35,896 nt of DNA, from the NCBI RefSeq assembly GCF_001194135.2, contig NC_068994.1, positions 23,201,893 through 23,237,788 of the forward strand, written 5' to 3'. The number at the start of each line of letters is the position of its first letter. Position 1 is the stretch's first letter. This DNA is from Octopus bimaculoides. Taxonomy: Eukaryota. Below, one piece after another: positions 23,168-35,192 of the stretch. Below the pieces are notes generated by a model. It was given only the letters and a program-made list of their open reading frames with translations. It was not told the DNA's origin and ran no database searches. Made by a program: the position numbers and the translations under genes.

Positions 23168-23168
23168 A
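23050..23168. repeat. Compound (GCC)/(CTA)n/(CTG)n trinucleotide repeat
   Basis: Direct. Confidence 0.93.
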
Positions 23169-23299
23169 CCCTGATTTAAAGATAACATTTCGGTTACATT
23201 GGGTGTTATTACCATCATGCATTTCTTAAGGAATATAATAAACCAGGTGAACTGAAATGGTTACAACCCACAATAGATAGTCAGTTGCTGCGCCGCGAA

Positions 23300-23432
23300 A
23301 TTACCTCCAATGTCACTCGTCGTTTTATTGATTACTTTGGAGCAAAAAGTGAAGTCTACCCTGGAGTCAAAAGCAACAGAACAAAATGCTAGAATACATT
23401 TAGTCCATAATCTACAGTTCCTGCAATTCCCA
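23300..23432 (-). mobile_element. Highly degenerate family A SINE remnant
   Basis: attacctccaatgtcactcgtcgttttattgattactttggagcaaaaagtgaagtctaccctggag...aacagaac aligns loosely to 13050-13200. Confidence 0.35.
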
Positions 23433-23492
23433 TCACCTTCTATATGTAATATAATGTTAACTAACTAGAATCCATCTGAGAACTTATCAATA

Positions 23493-23566
23493 TACACACA
23501 CGCACACACACACGCACACACACACGCACACACACACGCACACACACACTCACACACACACACACT
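23493..23566. repeat. (CA)n tract with a regular 10-bp (CACACACACG) period
   Basis: Direct. Confidence 0.9.
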
Positions 23567-24064
23567 CTTAAGTTCTCTCGCTGCAGAGACATCCGTCTCA
23601 CTCAGCTTCACCCAGCTCCACAGGCTATATTATACAATGTTATTTAACCTGATTTAAAAATAGCATTCCCAATACTTTATTCAAATTTTCAAAATAATTT
23701 TACGTTTTTTTTTCTCTTCTTTTCCTCTTTTATATAAGCACGTTTCCTTGTAGCACTTGCCAGCTGTCATCTTGTCAGTAGCTTCACACCAGATTGAACT
23801 TCCTTCCATCAAAACTTCGCTAATCTTTTTAAGCGTTAAGTAATCAAAGAAGAATGTCAAGTCAAAATCTGGAAATTTCTCACTTCGCTTTTATCTTTTA
23901 ATACCTTCAGTTTGTCAGTGGTATCTATCCTGATACTCAATACCACCACTGCCATCAACATCATTATCATGACTTATCAAATATTGTATTGGTGATCGTT
24001 ATTAACATTATGATTATGATGGCGACCATCATCATAATCATCATAGATTACACTACTTCCCGGA

Positions 24065-24215
24065 AAGAAGTTCTATGTGGTCATTCGATTTGCAAGAAAT
24101 AGCAGTTAAATCTTTCTCCAAGGCATTAAAAACCGAGGGACATGATGCATGATGTCGCCCTAGATAAACTGTGTCTGAAAAAGGACGAGATGGTCACAGT
24201 TGGAATGCTACCAAG
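24065..24215 (-). repeat. Old interspersed repeat, copy 4
   Basis: Reverse complement gcattccaactgtgaccatctcgtcctttttcagac...gatttaactgctatttcttgcaaatcga matches copies 1-3. Confidence 0.5.
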
Positions 24216-24527
24216 CATAAGTTATCCGAATCAAAGTTGACGTATGGCCAAACAACAAAAACAAAAACACCAACACAATTTTCTACAATGACCTTATAAT
24301 ATGTATTGTGGGCGATTAATGGTAAGATTTCTGTTTAGCGACTTTCAAGCATCATTTAAAAGACTGGTGGAGAATAGCTGGAGGCTTTACCTGATATTGT
24401 ATCTATGTTCAAAATGACTGAAATTTCTCCCACTCACTGTTTCATCTTCCCTTCACTCCCACCTCTCCCCTTTTCTCTATCTTTCGGTGTCCCTCTCTCT
24501 CACACCACAGCATCTTGATTGACTCTT

Positions 24528-24565
24528 CTTCCTCTGTACTTTCTTCCTCTGTACTTTCTTCCTCT
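24528..24565. repeat. 15-bp tandem repeat, 2.5 copies (cttcctctgtacttt)
   Basis: Direct. Confidence 0.9.
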
Positions 24566-25278
24566 CTGTTCAAAACTTTTCATTGAAATGAAATATTTTA
24601 GTTTGGTATGTTATTACACGTTGGAAGTAAAGTTTTTGATAGGTCTAGGAATAAACACAAAACTCTACTTAAGCAAGAAATGTAAAATATAGAAGTCAGA
24701 ACGAATGAAAACAGCATGACAATGAAATGATAAAACAATGCTGGTGAGTATTTAAGAGCGTAAGTGGATAGTTATAAAATCAACGAGAGGAATAGTAACC
24801 AAATGATGTCCTTTGAATGATACAACCGAAAGTAGGACTCATTGGATGTGATCCTGGAAGCATTGTACTTAGGGTATATTTCATGGGACTGCCACATTAA
24901 GCTGGTAACATACCATCACTTTATATATATATATATATATATATNNNNNNNNNNNNNNNNNNNNNNNNNNNNNNNNNNNNNNNNNNNNNNNNNNNNNNNN
25001 NNNNNNNNNNNNNNNNNNNNNNNNNNNNNNNNNNNNNNNNNNNNNNNNNNNNNNNNNNNNNNNNNNNNNNNNNNNNNNNNNNNNNNNNNNNNNNNNNNNN
25101 NNNNNNNNNNNNNNNNNNNNNNNNNNNNNNNNNNNNNNNNNNNNNNNNNNNNNNNNNNNNNNNNNNNNNNNNNNNNNNNNNNNNNNNNNNNNNNNNNNNN
25201 NNNNNNNNNNNNNNNNNNNNNNNNNNNNNNNNNNNNNNNNNNNNNNNNNCTCCACCCGTTCACTGATTTCGAAAATAG

Positions 25279-25325
25279 AAATATTACATTTCTAAGTCTC
25301 TGAGAGATGTAGAAATGTAATATTT
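25279..25325. repeat. Perfect 16-bp inverted repeat with 15-bp spacer
   Basis: aaatattacatttcta / tagaaatgtaatattt. Confidence 0.9.
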
Positions 25326-26417
25326 ATATATATATATAAAGTTATCTCTTTAACCTGGAGTAAATTGTGGAAACTGCTGACGAGAAACAAAACCATGTTG
25401 GTTAAATTTTGAAATCACGTGATAGGTTTTTTTTATCAAACTACTTAATTCTGTGAGTTTTATCTCGCTGGAGAAAGATGTTGTTGCTTGCCGCTTGCCG
25501 TTCCTGAACGTCTCATGAGGCTGGTGATTTTGTGTGGCTATTTGAGTTATATTTTCAGCTCCTATTTCTAGCAGTTGCAGGTGCTATTTTGCACCCTTAT
25601 TTACGTATTTTGCCTTTTTGGTTTATAATTGCTATAGCCATCTATATTATAGTGTATTTAATATATCATAATATATTAATTTACCATTATAATATGTTAT
25701 TGTGTGTGTGTGTGTATATATATATGTATATATATATATAAATTACTGATAAAGGCCGGTTTATAGGGTTACTCTGGGTTTCTCGCCAGGCGTAGACTGC
25801 TCTACTTCTACATTAGTTGAAATAAAAAAAAAACAAAAGACGAAGACAGGTGCATAAACAACAAGCAGCAGTATTAGTTTATANNNNNNNNNNNNNNNNN
25901 NNNNNNNNNNNNNNNNNNNNNNNNNNNNNNNNNNNNNNNNNNNNNNNNNNNNNNNNNNNNNNNNNNNNNNNNNNNNNNNNNNNNNNNNNNNNNNNNNNNN
26001 NNNNNNNNNNNNNNNNNNNNNNNNNNNNNNNNNNNNNNNNNNNNNNNNNNNNNNNNNNNNNNNNNNNNNNNNNNNNNNNNNNNNNNNNNNNNNNNNNNNN
26101 NNNNNNNNNNNNNNNNNNNNNNNNNNNNNNNNNNNNNNNNNNNNNNNNNNNNNNNNNNNNNNNNNNNNNNNNNNNNNNNNNNNNNNNNNNNNNNNNNNNN
26201 NNNNNNNNNNNNNNNNNNNNNNNNNNNNNNNNNNNNNNNNNNNNNNNNNNNNNNNNNNNNNNNNNNNNNNNNNNNNNNNNNNNNNNNNNNNNNNNNNNNN
26301 NNNNNNNNNNNNNNNNNNNNNNNNNNNNNNNNNNNNNNNNNNNNNNNNNNNNNNNNNNNNNNNNNNNNNNNNNNNNNNNNNNNNNNNNNNNNNNNNNNNN
26401 NNNNNNNNNNNNNNNNN

Positions 26418-26448
<31 letters not shown>

Positions 26449-27702
26449 AGGAGAGAGAGAGGTGGGAGGAGAGAGATGTGTATATATCTACGCGTATGTA
26501 AGTGTTATTGTCTACACACAGCTTGATCAGCGAGGCATTCCCTTTACCTGTCAGTTGGAGGTCAGAACGATTTGAACTCCCTTCGACGATACCACTTCCA
26601 CTACTAGTGCCGGGAAGCATTAGTACTACCAATGAATGTCCAGCATTTTGCGGGGCTTACATCGTTGTATACTTTTTTTTATTCTTCTATCATCCATCTG
26701 GTAACATTACAAAAGTAGAAGAATCTGTGACCACTTTTAACAAATATTTTGCTTTCATATTTGCTGTGTATTTTTCTTCGTCGTGTCTCTGATGAAGTGT
26801 TCTCTTCTTTCCTCTGCAGTTCACCAATTGCTGCTCTGTTATTCCTCTTCCTATTCTGTAGAGATCGTGGTTAGCTGCTGGTCACTTTTTATCATGTATA
26901 ATATCTAAGTGTTGAAAACACACACAGACACACACACACACACGCACACACACACACACACACACACGCACACACACACACACACANNNNNNNNNNNNNN
27001 NNNNNNNNNNNNNNNNNNNNNNNNNNNNNNNNNNNNNNNNNNNNNNNNNNNNNNNNNNNNNNNNNNNNNNNNNNNNNNNATCGATTAATTTTGATCAGGT
27101 GACCTTGAAAACAACATTGGCGGGTGTTATTTGTCACATACTCCAGCAAGTTACAACATTCCCCCCCCCCCAAAAAAAAAATGAAAAGAAAAGGAAAGAT
27201 AAAAATGAATAACAGTAAGGATTAACAAAAACAAAAACAAATACAAAAATAAAAGAAGACGCGGGAAGATAAAAATAAGAAAAAGAAAGAGAAAAGAAGG
27301 TAAAAAAGAACAGTTAAAAAAATTACAAGTAAAGAAAAAGAAGTTGTAAAAGGAAAAAAAGAATGACTAGAAAGGAAGGATGCCTTAAGAATTTCGGCAG
27401 GTTTCAATTTAGTGATATTTATCGACGCAGCAAATTTATGTAGACGAATACGTATGACCTACTTGACGCTTGGATTGAGAGTTGTTTTTGCAGAAGAAAT
27501 GGAAAATGTAATTTAGGATAGGATTTAATATGTATTAACTTCGCATTGTCAGCAGTTTTCAGGGTCATTTGATCGGTATCTATTGAGAGAAGTGCATATA
27601 AGCAATGCTATTTCAAGATATTTCGTACGAAAAATAAAGTTGGCTTTGATGGGATTTAGACGAGAAATAATAGAAAATATTCTTATTTGCACATCGTTGA
27701 CG

Positions 27703-27826
<124 letters not shown>

Positions 27827-27907
27827 AATAATTAATTATTAGCGATGGAAGCAGTGTTAATACCAAAAGGTAATCTCTATATCCAACTTAACATGGATGT
27901 CTTGTTA

Positions 27908-28062
27908 GAACACCGAATACTGCGTTATTAGTCCTCAGAGATCCTCCCATATAGGCGCTTGGTGCATAAAAGCACACACANNNNNNNNNNGAACACCGAA
28001 TACTGCGTTATTAGTCCTCAGAGATCCTCCCATATAGGCGCTTGGTGCATAAAAGCACACAC
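27908..28062. other. Probable assembly artefact: identical ~72-bp overlap duplicated on both sides of a 10-N gap
   Basis: 27908-27980 matches 27991-28062, separated by exactly 10 N; typical placeholder for overlapping contig ends. Confidence 0.85.
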
Positions 28063-28183
28063 ATAAATCGTAGCAGACGAACATCGTCTGTCATAGACGC
28101 CGGAGCGTGATTTCATTCTACAGGAAATCATCAGTGGAAGGCGTCCGGTCACCGCATGCCAGTGTATTTGTGTGTGTTTTTGT

Positions 28184-28226
<43 letters not shown>

Positions 28227-29310
28227 CGTGCGTATGTGTGCGCGTGCTTGCGTGCGCGTATTCATGCATACATAAACACGCATTTCAAAAGTGGCTCCGA
28301 AAGGTACCAGAAAATATGGGCACGGTAGATCAATTTCACACTCAATTCCTATCTCCGATGTGGTAAGACAGTCTTCATAACTCCAGTTAGGATTGTATTG
28401 AGTCTGTGCCCCGTATATAGAAAAGGAACACAAGAAACAGAGTCAGTATTAATGATCTATGTAAATGTACACGTGTTTCGTGAGACTAGCCATGAATTAC
28501 GCGATCATAAAACTCAGTTACGTGAACAAATGCCGCTGGTCTCATTCGTCAGCATTTGTTTGCCTGTCTGTCTATCTCTCGATATATATATCATTCACCA
28601 TGATAGATGGCTAGCCACTACACACATTTTTTTCTCTCCTTGTTTCTTTCCGTGTTCTTTTCTGTGGAAGAGCGTAGGCTCGAAACGTTAAAGACTTTTT
28701 CAATTCCCCGAGCGTTATACTACTACATCTGTTTGTTTTCTACATCACCTGTCTTCGTCTTTTGATTTTTTTGTGAATTCTCCCTATATATATATATATA
28801 NNNNNNNNNNNNNNNNNNNNNNNNNNNNNNNNNNNNNNNNNNNNNNNNNNNNNNNNNNNNNNNNNNNNNNNNNNNNNNNNNNNNNNNNNNNNNNNNNNNN
28901 NNNNNNNNNNNNNNNNNNNNNNNNNNNNNNNNNNNNNNNNNNNNNNNNNNNNNNNNNNNNNNNNNNNNNNNNNNNNNNNNNNNNNNNNNNNNNNNNNNNN
29001 NNNNNNNNNNNNNNNNNNNNNNNNNNNNNNNNNNNNNNNNNNNNNNNNNNNNNNNNNNNNNNNNNNNNNNNNNNNNNNNNNNNNNNNNNNNNNNNNNNNN
29101 NNNNNNNNNNNNNNNNNNNNNNNNNNNNNNNNNNNNNNNNNNNNNNNNNNNNNNNNNNNNNNNNNNNNNNNNNNNNNNNNNNNNNNNNNNNNNNNNNNNN
29201 NNNNNNNNNNNNNNNNNNNNNNNNNNNNNNNNNNNNNNNNNNNNNNNNNNNNNNNNNNNNNNNNNNNNNNNNNNTATATGTGTATATATATATATATGTA
29301 TGTATATATG

Positions 29311-29350
<40 letters not shown>

Positions 29351-29761
29351 AAATGAAATGGGTTTAATAAATGGGTTTAACAAAATGTGAGGACCCAGGA
29401 TGAAAAACTCTGAATAGTGACACGCTGACACAGCTTTTAATAAATATCTTGCATCACAACAATTTTGAGTACCGTTATTTTGCTCAGTTATATTTCATAC
29501 TCGTGTGAAACAACCACCCACTATATAGTCTTTTCAGATGAACAGTTCTGTATCTTAACGGAACAGTGGAATCGAGGAGAAATTATTTTCAATTAGCTTA
29601 CCAAAGATAACTACGGCTTCAAGTTAACAAGGAAATGTCTTCTCGCTAACAAGTTCATAAACCATTTCGAATATGAATTCTTCAACCTTATAAAGTGGGT
29701 AATTTTAAAGCACGTTCCATCAAATTCTTAAGATCAATATAATGAGATTAAAAAATATTAA

Positions 29762-29777
29762 AAAGAATATATATATG

Positions 29778-29859
<82 letters not shown>

Positions 29860-29890
29860 TATCTACACACACACATACACACATATACTG
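29762..29890. repeat. Long (TA)n plus (CA)n microsatellite
   Basis: Direct. Confidence 0.95.
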
Positions 29891-30913
29891 TCCACAAAAG
29901 AAACAACTGTTTGTGACAAACAAGCATAAAAAAAGCTCATATTCAGCAGCATAACATGTATTTATAAGAAAACCAATAATGAAAAAATCTATAAGCCAAG
30001 TAGTTAAATCAAATATAACTGCATTAGACATAAACGACAGAGTTGAGTAGTTAAAGTTGAGTAACATTCCAGACACAATGCCTAACAATTAAGGACCATA
30101 AACTAAACCTCTACCAGAGCTCCGCTTGCATACTATTAAACCCCACTACGAACAAAATGAGAATAAATAAGCTAATCCGAGATTATATTTCAAGTTTAAA
30201 AATAGCTACAGATCTGTCTCTATGGAATAACATCGAATCAGTAATTAACTATTTTACTAATATTCATAGCAAGCTCTTGTACAAGTTCATTCAATTTAAA
30301 ATAGTTGGGTTCTAACGCTCAATAACTATTGCAGAGTTCTGAGTTCCGATGTGCAGCAAAGACCCATTTTAAGTTTACGCGATGATATATCTCTATAGAT
30401 TCAATTAGTGTAATTTGAAAACCACAGAAGCTACATAGCTGACTGCATTTAATTTCCTTGATATCACACAGAATCTAGACATCAAAGTAAGCATCCCTTG
30501 AGAAATACTGAGAAGGTACTGAAACCCCCCACCAACTCTGACTACTCACCCACCTACCTCTCATAATCAACAACCTAATAAAAGTATGTCTTCGCTTACT
30601 TGAAATATTTCCAGCCGAGGATTCTTTCAGCAAATCGTCTCAGTATTATAATGACATATTAACTCCAATGCACATTAAAGAAAAAAGACCAACTCCCCAC
30701 CCCACACACCGCCGAAGACAAAAAAAAAAAAAAACCCACAGGAATGTTTTTCACTTTGAAACGCTTAATCGATAAGCATAAATACTTCAACGTATTCGAC
30801 ACCTAATTTTCTTAGCTTAATAGTTTGCTTGTTTGATACCTAATTTTGCCGGCTAATTAGCTCCTCTAAATGCTGTAACTCATATGTTTGTAGCCTAATA
30901 TCAAGTTCCCGAA

Positions 30914-31299
30914 GTCGGAGTTGGTTTGCAATGCACTGTCATATATAACTTGGATCAGCGATTTCTCAGGGTCACAGTTAAAAGAGCAGGCTAGCAAGAA
31001 ATTTTAGAGTAATCTATAATTCCATCAGGATTTGTCTACTGCACGTAATGCCAAAACATTCACTGCCTCGTTTGCTGATCATCACTTCAAAGTGCTGCCT
31101 TGTCCACGTACGTGAATTGAATCCCAATAGATTCTCTATGAGATATAGTTAAAAAGATGATCTACTTGTGTCTCAACAATCAGGCGAACTTGAAAGCTGC
31201 CGTTGAAACTACTACATCTGAACAATATCACAGGCTGGTTTTTTATCCGTACAATGATGTATCCAGGTTTCACTGAATATATAGGCCCCTCAAGTATTA
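30914..31299 (+). mobile_element. Degenerate Tc1-type (DD34E-like) transposase remnant
   Basis: Piecewise translation: VGVGLQC...RVTVKRAG*QEILE / FHQDLSTARNAKTFTASFADHHFKVLPCP / ELNP..DSL*DIVKK...LKAAVE..TSEQYHRLV / ...GP.KY*. Colinear with Tc1 AGVGPLC..STVNAA.YQEILE..FQQDLAPAHTAK....DH...VL.WP.NSPDLNPIENLW.IVK...LKA.....QQCH.LI.SMP...KG.PTKY*. Many stops and indels. Confidence 0.72.
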
Positions 31300-31331
31300 A
31301 CTGACATTTCGCACTAATATTTCGGTAAACT

Positions 31332-31513
31332 AAGATGGCGAACTGGCAGAGTCGTTAGCAGGCTTTACGTCCCTAGTTCAAATTCCGCCGAGGTTGACTT
31401 TACCTTTCATCCTTTCGAGGTCTATAAAATATGTACCAGTTGAGTACTGGGACCGCTGTAATCGACTTACCCCCTCCCATTACGTTGCTGGCCTTGTGCC
31501 AAAATTTGAAACC
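31332..31513 (+). mobile_element. tRNA-derived SINE, family A, with internal deletion and perfect 16-bp target-site duplication
   Basis: aagatggcgaactggcagagtcgttagca[~30 bp missing versus other copies]...agttcaaattccgccgaggttgactttacctttcatcc...ttgtgccaaaatttgaaacc. TSD aatatttcggtaaact at 31316-31331 and 31514-31529. Confidence 0.93.
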
Positions 31514-33180
31514 AATATTTCGGTAAACTTACTCTGTTGAAAGAATATATATCAGATGTTCAAATTTTGCAGTCAATTCAATTTACATATAATTGTATTA
31601 AAAACCGTAGAAATTTTGACTGTAATATTAAATTTATTTAAAGATATTTGAGGTGTTTCACAACATATGAATGTAGCCGAATCCTTTACAGATGATTCTG
31701 ATTGATGAACATGTTTCTATGAATAAATGCTGTTAATGTCAACTGGGTTGCTGCGCTCATTAAACCGTGGTGTCTAAACCGTACGCTGATTAGTTAAAAT
31801 ACTGTTCATAAGATTCAGCTTGTCGGAGCCTATTGGAAGGTATTTAAAAGGTATCAACTGCGAAGCATATCCATCGGTTAAGACTGCTACTTCAAAACTT
31901 GAAGATTGCAGAAAGCATAATGGTATTTGTATTATTATAATATGTAATACTGTAAAAATGTAAAAAATATTAAAATTAAACGTGAAAATCAGACCGTGTT
32001 GGAATTCTATTGACTAATATATTTATCTGTACACAACCAAACTCCAATATGTGTGTGCGCGCGTGTATATATTATGTATGTAAGTGTGCATGTGTGTATA
32101 CACACATATGGTAGGAAAAGATTGTAAAGTATCGCATAAGCTCGTATAATGAAAGCTATGCACCAAGTAGAAAGGACGAAGGACCAGCAGAGATTTCATT
32201 GTATGTTTATAGTAAAAAATATCTGTTAACTAAAAACAATTCAATATCATGATGCTATAATGTCAGAAGTGTTAGGTTCTAAATGTCAGTCTCAAGCTGG
32301 CACTTTAATTCACTGGTACTAACAAATCATTATGTTTGACAACCATCGTAACGTTTCTAACCTGAGACTGACATCCGATATATGATCTCATTGATGTGAA
32401 ACTCACACACATTCCATTATTCGATCTTTTTGTTGAGGTCCACACCCACTCATCTGAAGACCTGATGAAGAGTTTTCTGTTGCGAAGTTTAATAAGCTAA
32501 ATTCCTGCACAATTAATCCCTTGACTGAAAGAGAAATATAACGATTTTCATTACAATCAATTTATGAAATCAATAGACCATGAAAATGTGAAGAATCAAC
32601 ACAAGGTGTATATAATCTAAACGTTGCCCTGATTATGTGGCAATTAGTATTGATCTATTGGATGCTTTTAATTAAACAAATTTTGTTGTTTACTGTATAG
32701 AATCTTCATTGGAGGAATGTTAAATCAAACACAATCATTTGCTACACAATATCATTTACTGAGTAATAAGTTTTCAAAAATATTTTGTCATCAAATTCTA
32801 CCACTTAGTTACATGATTATTCAGTGCAGGTATACATTCATATCTAAGCAGTAATACTTCTACTGATTCAGTTTCATACATGTTGTCACTTTACCCTTAT
32901 TTCAATTATCCTTGTATATGCAGTATTTGATAAGTCTTGAAAGCTTGTGTTTAGAAAAAAGTAAACCTCTTTGAGTTATATCATAGTTTATTTTACTCCT
33001 ATCGCTGATAAACAGAGGCAAGACTCGACAGATATTTTGTTCTAATGAGTTTCTTGTGCACAATTTTTATGCTGAGTACTCTATCAGTATCTCAGTTACT
33101 TTTTTTTGTTTGCTAAACGATAGAAGTATTTTACAAAGATTAAAATTTCCTATTTAGCGATTAGCGATGTTGATATTAGT

Positions 33181-33298
33181 CCGAGGTCGACTTTGCTTTT
33201 CACCTTTATGAATAATAGTGTTGATGTAATTAATTAGTCCTTCCTCCAAAATTTCCGGCTTTGTGCCTATAGTAGAAAGGATTATTGTTATTATCATT
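33181..33298 (+). mobile_element. Partial, deleted family A-related SINE with (ATT)n-like tail
   Basis: ccgaggtcgactttgcttttcacct...ccaaaatttccggctttgtgcctatagtagaaaggattattgttattatcatt. Confidence 0.65.
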
Positions 33299-33862
33299 GA
33301 GTAAGAGAGTAATGCATGCCATCAAAGTGACACTGGGGTACAAACATACGAAACCCAATAAACCCATCATGACTACCCGTCTGATAAGGGTACACCAGGC
33401 ACATGCATCACAATCATATGTGTGTGATATGGTGTTCTCATATCAAGATAAACAGTGCCTGACTCTGCAGGCCTTGTTAGAACTTTCTTCAGGTTGACTT
33501 GCTCATTCTGCTCAAAACGTCCCCGAACGAGGGTTTTTTACGAATGATAAACGAAGCACCCATATTTTCAGAGGTGAATTATTTAAAACCCAAAGAATTC
33601 CTCTCAACACATGGCTAAGATGCTTCGCCACTACTTCTGCTCGTGATCAGAGATGCACATATTGTCAGCCACCGAAGGACATGCTCAACTGTTTAAGGTC
33701 AAGCAACTGACAAGCAAATTTGAGGTATTGAACAGAATATTTGCTGTGGCCCATCTTTTATACGAAGACAAAACATGTACATGATAACACTTCCAAACAG
33801 TTAAGATCAGAAGCCATGAGAACCAGTGCCTGGCATTTATGGCTGGTACTGCATCAGGGCAT
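33299..33862 (-). mobile_element. ~560-bp non-coding interspersed element bounded by (TAA)n at both ends, copy 1
   Basis: 33299-33490 is about 80-85% identical to 33889-34080; both termini abut TAT/TAA tracts; no coding homology seen. Orientation inferred from the (AAT)n tail and the truncation of copy 2. Confidence 0.75.
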
Positions 33863-33888
33863 TTATTATTAGTAGTATTATTATTATT

Positions 33889-34077
33889 GAGTGAGAGAGC
33901 CATGCATGCTATCAAGATGACACTGGAGTAAAATATATGAAGACCACTTTACCTATCATGTCTACTCGTCCGATAAGGGTACACCAGGCACATGCATCAC
34001 AACCATATGTGCGCGACATGGTGTTCTCATATCAAGATAAACAACGCATGACCTTGCAGGTGGAACCTAGTTAGAAT

Positions 34078-34080
<3 letters not shown>
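33889..34080 (-). mobile_element. Same element, truncated copy 2 in tandem
   Basis: gagtgagagagccatgcatgctatcaag...gataagggtacaccaggcacatgcatcac...catatcaagataaac shared with copy 1; ends at an (ATC)n tract. Confidence 0.8.
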
Positions 34081-34142
<62 letters not shown>

Positions 34143-34148
34143 TATTAT
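34081..34148. repeat. (ATC)n microsatellite
   Basis: Direct: 20 perfect units then att/atc. Confidence 0.97.
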
Positions 34149-34349
34149 CGTGCTCTTGTAATGTTTAGTTGCATTGTCTTATGTTCTAGGGGTTGATGTA
34201 ATAAGTATCACTCATATACCGGAATCAATTTTGTTGGCAAAGTTTGCGAATTTAGGTTTAACTTCTAACTTAAACTTTACAATACTACATTGATTTTTAT
34301 ACTAGTAAGCATAAACATAGTCACGGCCATACACACATAGACACGCATG

Positions 34350-34363
34350 CGCGCTCATGCACA

Positions 34364-34435
<72 letters not shown>

Positions 34436-34438
34436 CAC
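34350..34438. repeat. (CA)n microsatellite
   Basis: Direct. Confidence 0.95.
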
Positions 34439-34454
34439 CCAAAGGAGCTTCGGA

Positions 34455-34567
34455 AAGTTTTTATCTACCAGTTTCTCACAAGGTATTGACCAGTACTTGG
34501 TGTCAGTGGAATTACTTCACTGTGATATCGAACCCTGAACCACGTAGTCGCAGAGTGAACGTTTTAT
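34455..34567 (-). mobile_element. Degenerate family B SINE, 5' part
   Basis: tctaccagtttctcacaaggtattg...gaaccctgaaccacgtagtcgcagagtgaacgtttt aligns loosely to 11015-11140. Confidence 0.5.
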
Positions 34568-34711
34568 TCCCGAGGTATGGCTGTTCTTAATATTTTTGGA
34601 TTTGCTCAATTTTTAACAATTGGCAAACCTTTCAAACTCCTGCTGCTTGCCATCAAATAATTCTCTACAAGGATTAAATCTGTTAATCCAGGAAATTACA
34701 TCAGTTCGTTG

Positions 34712-34850
34712 TTTTCCTCTCTTACTGGTTTCAGTCTTTGGACTGAAGCCATGCTGGGGTACTGTATTCATAAAGTCTAGTCGATTATATTGATTCATTT
34801 ACTTTGTTCGGTACTTATTTCATCGATCTTGTCGGATATGAAATGTCTAC
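34712..34850 (-). mobile_element. Degenerate family B SINE, 3' part
   Basis: cttactggtttcagtctttggactgaagccatgctgggg...tagtcga...ggtacttatttcatcg aligns to 10780-10890. Confidence 0.55.
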
Positions 34851-35085
34851 CTTAGTGTGTAGATACTTTTGTTCTAGGTGCAGGTTATTGTTCAACCACC
34901 TCTTACCGCAACACGCATACTCCACACACATTTCAATTTTTGACATATTTCAGTCACTGGACATTGATCACATTAAGATATCGGCTTAAAATATTTTTTG
35001 ACAATTATATCTATCGAACGGTTTGTTAATCGTTTTATAAAGAGTTACCCTTCTTTAGTGACGTAAAAGATATTTACGCTAATAA

Positions 35086-35087
<2 letters not shown>

Positions 35088-35120
<33 letters not shown>

Positions 35121-35192
35121 CACAGACTAACATACACGCACTCTCAGACAGACATACATACATACATACATACATACATACATACATACATT
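35088..35192. repeat. (CA)n and (TACA)n simple repeats
   Basis: Direct. Confidence 0.9.

Noticed and set aside
27908-28062. 72-bp perfect direct repeat as a biological duplication
   Set aside because: Copies are identical and separated by exactly 10 N; best explained as an unmerged contig overlap.
28124-28165. Peptide EIISGRRP after a good splice acceptor, resembling kinase subdomain IX
   Set aside because: Only 8 residues match, the required upstream DVWS.G motif is absent, there is no convincing donor, and the frame runs into (TG)n.
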